A DNA stretch of 34,381 nt from Candidatus Hydrothermarchaeota archaeon (GTDB lineage: Archaea > Hydrothermarchaeota > Hydrothermarchaeia > Hydrothermarchaeales > CAZSVW01), in assembly GCA_964610485.1 (NCBI GenBank), contig CAZSVW010000002.1, forward strand, positions 1-34,381, written 5' to 3'. This document shows, piece by piece, positions 18,292 to 27,064 of this stretch. The first letter of the stretch is position 1, and every line of letters starts with the position of its first letter. Under the pieces are notes generated by a model. It ran no database searches. It was not told the origin of the DNA and saw nothing but the letters and a program-made list of their open reading frames with translations. Both the position numbers and the translations under genes were made by a program.

Positions 18292-19085
18292 GCATAGTAG
18301 ACTTTTTTTATACATATTTTATTGATCCCATGTATACTGGGGAGGGATATAACCTATATAATACGATAGTGTATAGTATAGCGCTTGGAATAGGGATAGT
18401 TGCATGGTATAAGGTACTGGTAAAATTAAAAATAGAGATAGACGAAAGATTGTTTGTTTCTTTGCTTCCCTTTCTCATTTTAGGTTCGTCTATTAGGGCG
18501 CTTGAGGATGCATATATAATTTCAAAGAGGGCTATTTTCCTTACCCCAGGAATATTCTTTTTTATTTCGCTTATTTTTCTTATTTTCCTTTTTGCTTTTA
18601 CGAGAATGACTGAGAAGTATCATTATCTGATGGTTTTTACCGGTATAATTTTATTGTATTTACCCCTCAAAAAAATTTATCACAATGTATTAACGATAAA
18701 ACCGGCGATATATACTCTTGTAATGCTATTATTAATTTCTCCTGTCTTTATACTTCCTATTCATAAATTTAATTTCCTTAATCTTAGAGATATTAGGATA
18801 TACGGGGTATTTCTAGCTCACTTTTTAGATGTTTGCGCAACTATTGTTGGAGTTGAGTTTTTTGGGTACTGGGAAGAACATTACTTCGAAGGATTGCTTG
18901 TAGAGTTTGTTGGAACAGGCTGGATTCTTTTGCCATTGAAGATCGCTGTCCTTTTTATTGCAGTTTTACTGATAAGAAAAATATCTAAGAATGAGCAGGA
19001 GAGTAGTCTTCTTTTTCTTTCTCTCTTTATTCTAGGTTTCTCTCCAGGTTTGAGGGACGTATTTAAGATGATTTTAATAGGTTGA
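18288..19085 (+). CDS. polytopic membrane protein, DUF63-like
   Basis: About 7 hydrophobic segments. The N-terminal GYNLYNTIVYSIAL pattern resembles the archaeal DUF63 family. ATGA overlap with ligT. Confidence 0.5.
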   Translation: MSIVDFFYTYFIDPMYTGEGYNLYNTIVYSIALGIGIVAWYKVLVKLKIEIDERLFVSLLPFLILGSSIRALEDAYIISKRAIFLTPGIFFFISLIFLIFLFAFTRMTEKYHYLMVFTGIILLYLPLKKIYHNVLTIKPAIYTLVMLLLISPVFILPIHKFNFLNLRDIRIYGVFLAHFLDVCATIVGVEFFGYWEEHYFEGLLVEFVGTGWILLPLKIAVLFIAVLLIRKISKNEQESSLLFLSLFILGFSPGLRDVFKMILIG

Positions 19086-19937
19086 CTTTTTTATTAGAGG
19101 CTTAGTCTCTACTAGATTTTTATCTAGCGCAATTTCTTTTGGAGATAGCCCCAAAGCTAATCCTATGATCTGAGTTATGTGGAGTACAGGAATTTTGCGC
19201 TTTAGTTTGAATATTATTTGTCCGGAATCGAGGGCGTGATGGCAGAGAGGACAGAGCGTAACTATGCAATCTGCGTTAGATTGGACTAGGCTATTTAGGA
19301 GCTTTTTGAGCATAGAATGGTATAGTTTTTGGTCTATCAGGGTGAGGGGCGCTCCACAGCACTCTGTTCTCTGGGGCAACGATATGACTTCGCATCCGAG
19401 GGCATCTAGGAGAGTTTCAAAAGTCGAGGGGTTTTCTGGATCGTCAAAGTTTGTTATTTCTGGGGGTCTTATAATTTGACACCCATAGTAAGGCACTGCT
19501 TTTATGTCTAGAGGCATGGTTACCTTTTCTTTCAACCTTTCAATCCCGTAATCTTTTACAAGAATCTCTAGTATGTGTTTAATTTTTACGTTCCCATAAT
19601 ATTTTCTATTGATTTTCTTTAATATCTGGTTTATTTCTCTTTTCTTTTCTTCATCATTGTCTAAGATAATTTTGGCTTTTTTTGAGTTTAAATAGCAGCT
19701 TGAACATATTGTAGCCAAGTCGCATTTTTTCTCCTCAGCCAAAGCTAGATTTCTAGCGTTCAATGCTAGCCATATCTTTTTATTGTAGTCTTCCATTACA
19801 TGGGTACCGCAACAATTTGAGTTTTCGAGTTCTATTAGGTTAATTCCCAGCTTTTCAGCTACCTTCTTACATGAGATATGATACTCTAATGATGTGGATT
19901 TTGAAGAGCATCCCGGAAAATACGCATATCTCAACAT
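19074..19937 (-). CDS. hdrB: heterodisulfide reductase subunit B-like (two CCG domains)
   Basis: Two CCG motifs with partner Cys clusters (NCCGTHV...CSSC and ECCGAPL...CPLCH), at 287 aa. Confidence 0.8.
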   Translation of the reverse strand: MLRYAYFPGCSSKSTSLEYHISCKKVAEKLGINLIELENSNCCGTHVMEDYNKKIWLALNARNLALAEEKKCDLATICSSCYLNSKKAKIILDNDEEKKREINQILKKINRKYYGNVKIKHILEILVKDYGIERLKEKVTMPLDIKAVPYYGCQIIRPPEITNFDDPENPSTFETLLDALGCEVISLPQRTECCGAPLTLIDQKLYHSMLKKLLNSLVQSNADCIVTLCPLCHHALDSGQIIFKLKRKIPVLHITQIIGLALGLSPKEIALDKNLVETKPLIKKSTY

Positions 19938-19938
19938 T

Positions 19939-20457
19939 TTATTCTACCATTTCAAATATCTTTTTTACTTCACCCGCTGCGGGAGATTTCGCGGTGGAAA
20001 CTTTTCCTTTTCTCAACATCTTCCAAGCAACCTCTGAGGGAAGCATACGGGCAGAGCCTACTATTCCCTTCAGCTTAATAGCCAATTTCACCTCTGAAAG
20101 AATGCCATAGTTTTTTATTATTTCCGCAAAATTTTTAGCAAATCTAGTCCCGGTGTTATTTTCATTTCTGGCTATTGAGAGATTTCTTATTGCTCCAAGT
20201 ACTTCGGAGGGCTTAACATCCCTGGGGCATAGGGAGGTACACTTGTAGCATGTTGAACACAGCCATGCAATGTTGCTTTCAAGTATGGAATCTACTCCAA
20301 AACTTGCTAATAGCATGATTTTTCTTGGATTGAATATCGGGTTAACCTGGGCCACGGGACAATCCCCAGTACATGTTCCGCATTGGTAGCATTTATAGAC
20401 ATCAGCTCCCAATTTTTTAAGCTCCTCCGCTATTTCGCTGTTAAAATTTATCCTCAT
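19939..20457 (-). CDS. hdrC: heterodisulfide reductase subunit C-like (2x[4Fe-4S])
   Basis: CYQCGTCTGDCP and CSTCYKCTSLCP ferredoxin-type motifs, 172 aa. It lies 1 nt upstream of hdrB. Confidence 0.8.
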   Translation of the reverse strand: MRINFNSEIAEELKKLGADVYKCYQCGTCTGDCPVAQVNPIFNPRKIMLLASFGVDSILESNIAWLCSTCYKCTSLCPRDVKPSEVLGAIRNLSIARNENNTGTRFAKNFAEIIKNYGILSEVKLAIKLKGIVGSARMLPSEVAWKMLRKGKVSTAKSPAAGEVKKIFEMVE

Positions 20458-20485
20458 TATTTATCATTATTCATAATGATAAATA
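20458..20485. promoter_or_regulatory. perfect 13+13 bp palindrome (TATTTATCATTAT-tc-ATAATGATAAATA) in the hdrC / DUF1464 divergent intergenic region
   Basis: The arms 20458-20470 and 20473-20485 are exact reverse complements. The palindrome starts immediately after the hdrC start codon and overlaps the AT-rich TATA-like sequence (AAATATTTAA) usable in both directions. The sequence fact is certain; the operator role is inferred. Confidence 0.5.
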
Positions 20486-20525
20486 TTTAAACTCTTCGGG
20501 GGTTATATACTTATAAGGTGAAAAA

Positions 20526-21656
20526 ATGGTAAGGGCGATAGGAGTAGACCCCGGAACAAAGAGCTTTGATATATGTGGGATAGAAAATGGAAGGGTATAC
20601 TATGAATGCTCGATAGACACGATCGATGTTATGGAAAATCCCCAGTTACTATTATCTTCGATCGAGAAGGCAATGCCATGTAAGCTGATAGCTGGTCCAT
20701 CTGGATATGGGGTCCCCCTAACTTATTTGAAAGAAATACCTGAAGATAAACTAGAGGAATGGTATCTCACCCACGTCCTTTTGCTGAGAGAGGATATAAA
20801 AAAAGCGACGGAAAGGGGAGATATAGGTATGATGGTATACAGTGCTATGACGAAAACGGCAGTGGAGATGAAGAAAAGAGGATGGCCGGTCTGCTATATT
20901 CCGGGAGTGGTGCATCTTCCCTCTGTACCAGAATATAGGAAGATAAATAAACTCGACATGGGCACTGCTGATAAGATGTGTATTGCCGTATTGGGAATTC
21001 ATGATCAAGCAACAGAATATGGAATAGAGTATGATGAGGTATCTTTCATTCTAGTTGAGATGGGTTTTGGATACAATGCGGTGATAGGGGTTGAGCAAGG
21101 GAAAATAGTAGACGGTATAGGAGGCACACTTGGAGGAATGGGATTCATCACGCTTGGCGGAGTGGATGCAGAGCTAGTGCAGTTGGTAGGAGTATGGGAA
21201 AAATCCGATATTTTCCATGGAGGGGCTTATGAAATATCTGGGAAAAAAACTCCAGAAGAGCTTATAGAGAATCTAGATGATGAAAAATGCGAGATTGCTT
21301 GGAATGCGTTGTTCGAGGGAGTAATAAAAGATGTCTATTCAATGCTAGCCTCGGTGGGGAATCCTAGGGAAATACTCATCTCTGGAAGGATGACAAGAAT
21401 AAAATATGTAGAAGAGCAGCTTATTGATAGGCTATCTGAAGTGGCGGAGGTAAGGAGGATAGGTTCCATAGAGGGGGCTAAAAATATAAAAGAAGCAGCC
21501 CAAGGTTATGCAATGGTGGCAGAAGGGTTAGCTGGCGGATGTTTTAGGGAATTGGTCGAGTGGATGGGGATACCCCAGTCGAAGCATGGGATAATAGAAT
21601 ATGTGGTGCATCCAAAAATAGAAAGCGTAAAAAGGCTATTCGATCGGTCTTACTAG
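20526..21656 (+). CDS. ASKHA-fold (acetate/sugar kinase-like) protein, DUF1464-like
   Basis: The N-terminal AIGVDPGTKSFDICG resembles an ASKHA phosphate-1 motif. The size and overall pattern fit the archaeal DUF1464 family ('predicted butyrate kinase'). AAGGTGA Shine-Dalgarno upstream. Confidence 0.5.
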   Translation: MVRAIGVDPGTKSFDICGIENGRVYYECSIDTIDVMENPQLLLSSIEKAMPCKLIAGPSGYGVPLTYLKEIPEDKLEEWYLTHVLLLREDIKKATERGDIGMMVYSAMTKTAVEMKKRGWPVCYIPGVVHLPSVPEYRKINKLDMGTADKMCIAVLGIHDQATEYGIEYDEVSFILVEMGFGYNAVIGVEQGKIVDGIGGTLGGMGFITLGGVDAELVQLVGVWEKSDIFHGGAYEISGKKTPEELIENLDDEKCEIAWNALFEGVIKDVYSMLASVGNPREILISGRMTRIKYVEEQLIDRLSEVAEVRRIGSIEGAKNIKEAAQGYAMVAEGLAGGCFRELVEWMGIPQSKHGIIEYVVHPKIESVKRLFDRSY

Positions 21657-22616
21657 AGCTCCGAAATTGTCGGCCCTTGTATAGAAGGCTTCTCCACCCC
21701 CGACTTTGTTGAGGAAATTATTAAGCTCTATACATACCTCTTTTGCTTTTTTTTCACCCTTAACTACACCATAGAAAGATGGTCCCCATGAGCTTTGTCC
21801 TGTCCCTATTATTCCCCTTTTGGTTAAGAAGTTTATCCCCTCTTCTGTGATTTTATGTCCGAATATTCCTTTTTGTACATAATAGAACATTTTTCCAACT
21901 TCTTTTTCAAATAAGGATAAAGAAGCACTGAATTCTTCAAAATCTTCTTCAAGAAGCGATGGAAGCATTTTCATTACCAATATTCTTGAGGTTTCTCCTA
22001 TTTCTCTATTCTTTAGAGATTCGGTTACTTTTCTTAATGCAGCTTCCTCTTTTTCCCCATGTAGTCCTCTTTTTTCTTTTGGGATACCTATAACAAAAAA
22101 CCATTTTTTTGGAAAGTCTGTCCTAAAAATGAGCGGAGGTATAGATTCTTTTTTGGGAATTCTCCCCCCATCTACTATGAATCCACCAACTTTAAAAGCA
22201 TAGGTCCCTATACCAGAAACTTTGCCTCTACCCAAAACTTTTGCTATTTCCTCCACGCTCGCGTCAATCCCCAGGAGTTTGGATACTCCTACTCCTATTG
22301 ATAGTGCGAGTTGTGTCCCTGAACCTAGTCCGCAATGTCTGGGAGGAGAAGTCTTTATACTCAGTTTTAATTTTTGTTGAATCTCAAAGTAGTCTGCAAT
22401 TTTTTTGAGATATCTCTCTGCGATTTTCGATACTCTTCCATAAATTTCCCATTTGTCAGAATATGAGATTTCTATTTCTGTCCTGGGTTTTTCAATAGCT
22501 ACACCTATTGACCCGTATATTCTTCCCAGGTCTCCTTTCATGTCTATTATTCCCAAATGAATCCTGGAAGGCGCACTTATATAGACCTTCAACTTATGCG
22601 ACCCCAATAATTTCAT
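21636..22616 (-). CDS. beta-ribofuranosylaminobenzene 5'-phosphate (RFAP) synthase-like GHMP-family protein
   Basis: PSRIHLGIIDM...GRIYGSIG N-terminal block and GLGSGTQLALS GHMP motif, as in the MJ1427-type family, at 326 aa. Confidence 0.65.
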   Translation of the reverse strand: MKLLGSHKLKVYISAPSRIHLGIIDMKGDLGRIYGSIGVAIEKPRTEIEISYSDKWEIYGRVSKIAERYLKKIADYFEIQQKLKLSIKTSPPRHCGLGSGTQLALSIGVGVSKLLGIDASVEEIAKVLGRGKVSGIGTYAFKVGGFIVDGGRIPKKESIPPLIFRTDFPKKWFFVIGIPKEKRGLHGEKEEAALRKVTESLKNREIGETSRILVMKMLPSLLEEDFEEFSASLSLFEKEVGKMFYYVQKGIFGHKITEEGINFLTKRGIIGTGQSSWGPSFYGVVKGEKKAKEVCIELNNFLNKVGGGEAFYTRADNFGALVRPIE

Positions 22617-23478
22617 GTAAACTTAGGTTGTTTTTTTCTAAGTACTGTTTTATCTCTTCACAAACTTTTCTAAAAACATCTAATCCTTCAATATATACTC
22701 CTGTTCCAATTTCCACTGCTTTAGCTCCAGCCATTAGGAATTCTAGGGCATCTTCTCCTCTGTAAACCCCTCCGCAACCTATTACGTCTATATTTACCTC
22801 ATTGGCAATCTCATACACGCACCTAACTGCTATGGGTTTTATACACTTTCCGCTGAGTCCTCCAGTAACATTTGCAAGAATGGGCTTTCGTAGGTTAATA
22901 TCTATCTTCATTGCTTTTATTGTGTTGATTGCGGTTATCCCATCGGCTCCAGCTTCTTCGCAAGCTTTTGCGATCTCTACAATATCACCAACACTAGCAC
23001 TTAACTTTGCTATGACAGGAAGTTTTACTCTCTTTTTTACCTCTTTGACCACCTCATAGCTTGAATCTGCACGATGTGCAAAAGGTTCTCCCTTTATATT
23101 TGGACACGAAAGATTCAATTCAATTGCATCGCAATATTCTTGCAGAGCATGTGCCACTTCTGCATATTCTTCTGGAGAATCCCCGACTACGCTTAAAATT
23201 ATGGGAACTTCACTTTCTCTTGCTATTTTCAGTTCGGTGGCAAATTCTTTATAACCGGGATTAGCAAGTCCTATTGCATTTATTAGACATTCTCCCATTT
23301 CCACTATCGTCGGATTCTTCCATCCTTCTCTAGGATTCTTGCTTATCGATTTTGTTACTAGGGCAGCTGCACCGTGTTTTGCAACCCTCTTTAAAGTAGC
23401 ACCGGTACATCCGAGAATCCCTGAAGCTAATATCGTTGGATTTATAAGTTTTATCCCGCATATCGTTGTTGAGAGCAT
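22594..23478 (-). CDS. pyrD: dihydroorotate dehydrogenase, class 1 catalytic subunit
   Basis: GIKLINPTILASG, LNLSCPN (catalytic Cys), GGLSG and GCGGV. I prefer ATG 23478 over the track's GTG 23481. No pyrK is adjacent. Confidence 0.85.
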   Translation of the reverse strand: MLSTTICGIKLINPTILASGILGCTGATLKRVAKHGAAALVTKSISKNPREGWKNPTIVEMGECLINAIGLANPGYKEFATELKIARESEVPIILSVVGDSPEEYAEVAHALQEYCDAIELNLSCPNIKGEPFAHRADSSYEVVKEVKKRVKLPVIAKLSASVGDIVEIAKACEEAGADGITAINTIKAMKIDINLRKPILANVTGGLSGKCIKPIAVRCVYEIANEVNIDVIGCGGVYRGEDALEFLMAGAKAVEIGTGVYIEGLDVFRKVCEEIKQYLEKNNLSLHEIIGVA

Positions 23479-23521
23479 CACAGAAAAACATTAACAACAT
23501 TAGCCTTATAATACTATTGTA

Positions 23522-24496
23522 ATGTATGCAATCGAAACAAAAAACTTAACAAAAAAATTTGGAGAAATTACTGCAGTAAACAAAATAAGCTTAAAAATAA
23601 AAAAAGGAGAATTATTTGGGTTACTTGGTCCGAATGGGGCAGGAAAGACTACATTTATTTCGATGTTGTGTACAATACTCCAACCTACTTACGGGGATGC
23701 CTTTGTGTGGGGGTATGACATAAAAAAGCAGAAAAATGAGGTTAGAAGGAGCATAGGAATAGTATTTCAGGATCCTAGTCTAGACCAAAATCTGACCGCT
23801 AAAGAAAATTTGGATTTCCATGCGAGATTATATGGTATGGAGAGAAAAAAAAGAGAAAAGAGGATTAAAGAAGTTTTAGATTTAGTAGAGCTTTCAGATA
23901 AGGCGGATATATTAGTAAAGACATTTTCTGGGGGAATGCGTAGAAGATTGGAGATAGCTAGAGGTTTAATGCATCTTCCAAAAATTTTATTTCTAGATGA
24001 GCCTACTTTGGGATTGGATCCGCAAACTAGGAGAAAAATATGGGAGTATATATCAAGGTTGAAGAAGGAAGAAGGGATAACAATAATACTGACAACCCAT
24101 TACATGGAAGAGGCAGATTATCTGTGTGATAGAATAGGTATAATAGACCATGGGAGGATTATCGCGCTGAATTCTCCTGAAAATCTTAAAAGTGCAATGG
24201 GAGGGGATGTGGTATATCTAAGAGCGGATAAACCAGAATCGTTACTTGAGCTTTTCGAGTGTGATGGGAAGATAGATGAAGACGGAAGAATAAGGATTAC
24301 AACTCAAGATGGGGAGTCATTTATCCCTAAAATATTAGAGATAGCAAGAGAGAGGGGAATAGAGGTGTATTCCATCGGAATTAGAAAACCCACGCTTGAG
24401 GACGTTTTCATTCACCTTACTGGCAAAGATATAAGAGAAGAAAAAGGTTCAATTTTAGAGAGAAGGAGAGAAATAGTTAGAGCGAGGTTCAGGTAA
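23522..24496 (+). CDS. ABC transporter ATP-binding protein (ABC-2/DrrA-like exporter)
   Basis: Walker A GPNGAGKTT, signature FSGGMRRRL, Walker B ILFLDEPT, H-loop TTHYMEE. Confidence 0.9.
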   Translation: MYAIETKNLTKKFGEITAVNKISLKIKKGELFGLLGPNGAGKTTFISMLCTILQPTYGDAFVWGYDIKKQKNEVRRSIGIVFQDPSLDQNLTAKENLDFHARLYGMERKKREKRIKEVLDLVELSDKADILVKTFSGGMRRRLEIARGLMHLPKILFLDEPTLGLDPQTRRKIWEYISRLKKEEGITIILTTHYMEEADYLCDRIGIIDHGRIIALNSPENLKSAMGGDVVYLRADKPESLLELFECDGKIDEDGRIRITTQDGESFIPKILEIARERGIEVYSIGIRKPTLEDVFIHLTGKDIREEKGSILERRREIVRARFR

Positions 24497-25233
24497 TGGA
24501 GGGCGAGGCAGTTTACACGCTATGGTTGAGGGAAATGAAACATTTTTTCAGGGCTAAGGGCAGAGTGTTTGGCAGCCTTGCAACACCGTTTTTCTGGCTA
24601 GCTTTCGTGGGCATAGGTTTGAGCTCTTCGCTCTATCCAAAATATCTTGATTTTATATCTCCAGGAATAATCGCAATGACGTTGCTCTTTACTTCAACAT
24701 TTTCGGGGGTTTCAGTAATATGGGACAAGCAATTCGGTTTTATGAAAGAAATTTTAGTAGCCCCGGTAAGTAGAAATACGGTGGTGCTGGGAAAAATGCT
24801 CGGAGGGGTGAGCATAGCGCTCCTACAAGGTCTTTGCGTCCTATTTCTCTCAACGGTCTTGGGAGTAAAAATATGGTGGAAGGGTATTCCGCTGGCTATT
24901 ATAGCAATGTTTCTTATTTCAGCTTCTTTTGTCTGTTTTGGACTCATATTTGCCGCAAAAATGGAAGATCCCCACGGATTTCAGGTAGTATTAAACTTCA
25001 TCGTTATGCCGATGTTTTTTCTTTCTGGTGCACTTTTCCCTATAAATAGAATTCCAACATGGCTGAAAATTCTAACGCGTTTAAATCCCTTCACCTATGC
25101 AGTAGATTCCCTAAGAGCATGTCTGTTGAGGAGTGGCATTTTTTTATTAGAGATAGATTTTTTGGTTCTGTCAACTTTTTTCTTAATTTGTTTTGCAATA
25201 GCAACGTATTTATTCAGTAGGATGGAGGCTTAA
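24496..25233 (+). CDS. ABC-2 type transporter permease
   Basis: About six hydrophobic segments, 245 aa. TAATG overlap with the preceding ATPase gene. Confidence 0.8.
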   Translation: MEGEAVYTLWLREMKHFFRAKGRVFGSLATPFFWLAFVGIGLSSSLYPKYLDFISPGIIAMTLLFTSTFSGVSVIWDKQFGFMKEILVAPVSRNTVVLGKMLGGVSIALLQGLCVLFLSTVLGVKIWWKGIPLAIIAMFLISASFVCFGLIFAAKMEDPHGFQVVLNFIVMPMFFLSGALFPINRIPTWLKILTRLNPFTYAVDSLRACLLRSGIFLLEIDFLVLSTFFLICFAIATYLFSRMEA

Positions 25234-25235
25234 AT

Positions 25236-26075
25236 ATGAAGGCGTATGTTTTTAAAACTGTAGGTGGGGTTTTTGCTTTTGATGAGAGGGGAAACGTGAT
25301 ACTAAGAGAAGAGTTTCCAAAAGATCCTCAATTAATTGCGGAGAAAATGGTGAAGATCTGTGAAGAAGAAAAGAAAATATTAGAACGGCTTGAGAAAATG
25401 GGTTATGAGATACTGAGGGACTCTAGTTTTAGGAAAAGAATAAAGCTGAAGGTAGATAAAGAACTAGCCCGGGAGGTTGCTTTTATAATTTCAAAAAAGA
25501 AAATTGAAGATAAAGCAAAAGAGAGGGATAGAATAATTATTCAAGCCGTTGAAGCTCTGGACGATATAAATAAGACCATAAATCTGCTAAAAGAAAGAAT
25601 GAGAGAGTGGAATGCACTTCCTCTAGAGTTTGGACCTATAGAAGAAGAATTTAATAAAAAAATAAAAGAATTGGAGAAATTCAAGGGGAAATTGGAGGAG
25701 TATATAAAGAGTGAGATGGAAAGTGTAGCTCCAAACCTGTCTTCTTTGGCAGGTGCTATATTAGGAGCTAGATTAATTGCCATGTCTGGAGGATTAAAGA
25801 AGCTTGCCGAACTTCCAGCTAGTAGAATACAGCTTTTAGGCGCCGAGAAAGCCCTGTTCAGACATATCATCAAACACACTAAGCCTCCAAAACATGGGAT
25901 AATTTTTCAGCACCCTCTGGTGAGGAATACTCCCAAAAAGCTTAGAGGGAAAGTTGCAAGAACTTTTGCCGCTAAAATAGCAATAGCTTCTAGGATAGAT
26001 GCTTTTTCTGGAATCGACAAGAGCAAGGAACTTAAAAAGAGGCTTGAAGAAAGAGTAAAAAGCATTCAAAGATGA
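25236..26075 (+). CDS. nop5: C/D box sRNP core protein Nop5 (Nop56/58 homologue)
   Basis: Nop domain APNLSSLAGAILGARLIAMSGGLKKLAELPASRIQLLGAEKALFRH...KHGIIFQHPLV. The N-terminal fibrillarin-binding-type domain is YVFKTVGGVFAFDE. Confidence 0.8.
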   Translation: MKAYVFKTVGGVFAFDERGNVILREEFPKDPQLIAEKMVKICEEEKKILERLEKMGYEILRDSSFRKRIKLKVDKELAREVAFIISKKKIEDKAKERDRIIIQAVEALDDINKTINLLKERMREWNALPLEFGPIEEEFNKKIKELEKFKGKLEEYIKSEMESVAPNLSSLAGAILGARLIAMSGGLKKLAELPASRIQLLGAEKALFRHIIKHTKPPKHGIIFQHPLVRNTPKKLRGKVARTFAAKIAIASRIDAFSGIDKSKELKKRLEERVKSIQR

Positions 26076-27064
26076 AATTAGATATGCCTTTTATTTTAAA
26101 CCCAGATAAATTGATAGATGTAGCTTTCAGAAAGGCATCTAAAGAAGCAAGCTCTCTATCTATTAAAAAAGTATCAAAATTGGTTAGAGTAAGGAAAAAA
26201 GAGGAAAAAAAGATTAAGAGCGTTTCATCTACGATAAAAAAGCATTTGAATAAGGTTATTAGTAGAACACCTAAGGTTGATGAGCTCCCTCCATTTTATA
26301 GAGAACTAATCAACGTTGTGGTGGGTATAGATAGGTTTAAAAAGTCATTGGGAGCAATAAAATGGGCTGTTAGTAAAATAAGATATTTAGAGAGGTACTA
26401 CTCCTACAAAGTGAGAACTTCTAGAGAGGAAAAAGAGGTTTATAGGTATAGAAGAGAATTCTATGGTAGAGTTTCTTCTATTTTAAGACAGATCGAGGAT
26501 GAAATTTTATTTTTGAAGGAGGCAAGAAGGAAAATTTCAAAATTTCCAGATATAAAAGATTTACCAACAATAGTGATCGCTGGTGCTCCAAATGTTGGGA
26601 AGTCAACGTTGCTCAGAGCCCTAACAGGTGCAAAACCTAAAATAGAAAGCTACCCTTTCACAACCAAAAGAATTCTTTTGGGCTACTTTGAGCATAATCA
26701 CAGGAAATATCAAGTAGTAGACACTCCAGGATTATTAGACAGAGCTATAGAGAAGAGGAATCCCGCAGAAAGACAGGCAATTCTTGCACTTAGGTATCTT
26801 GCCCAGATTATCATTTTTCTGTTTGATATAACAGAAATATGTGGATATCCTATCGATTATCAGCTCAGAATTTTTAATGAGGTCTCATCACTATTCAATG
26901 TTGAGGTATTGCCCATTGTAAACAAGGCAGATATTACGGAGAAAAAGAAAATTGAAGAGTTCAGGCTTAAATTTGGTAGAAATTTTCTAACATGCTCGGC
27001 CTTGCAAAGGGAGGGAATAGAAGACATAAAGAGGGAGATACTTAAAAAAATGGGAGAACTATAA
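26072..27064 (+). CDS. nog1: NOG1-family GTPase (ribosome biogenesis)
   Basis: G1 GAPNVGKST, G3 DTPGLLD, G4 NKAD, and an N-terminal helical NOG1-type region. ATGA overlap with nop5. Confidence 0.8.
   Translation: MKLDMPFILNPDKLIDVAFRKASKEASSLSIKKVSKLVRVRKKEEKKIKSVSSTIKKHLNKVISRTPKVDELPPFYRELINVVVGIDRFKKSLGAIKWAVSKIRYLERYYSYKVRTSREEKEVYRYRREFYGRVSSILRQIEDEILFLKEARRKISKFPDIKDLPTIVIAGAPNVGKSTLLRALTGAKPKIESYPFTTKRILLGYFEHNHRKYQVVDTPGLLDRAIEKRNPAERQAILALRYLAQIIIFLFDITEICGYPIDYQLRIFNEVSSLFNVEVLPIVNKADITEKKKIEEFRLKFGRNFLTCSALQREGIEDIKREILKKMGEL

Noticed and set aside
25236-26075. Nop5 appearing truncated (279 aa, short region between the REW and APNL blocks).
   Set aside because: As far as I recall, short Nop5 forms of similar length without a KKE tail exist in other euryarchaea (for example Archaeoglobus). 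The N-terminal domain, a two-helix coiled-coil-sized segment and the Nop domain are all present.
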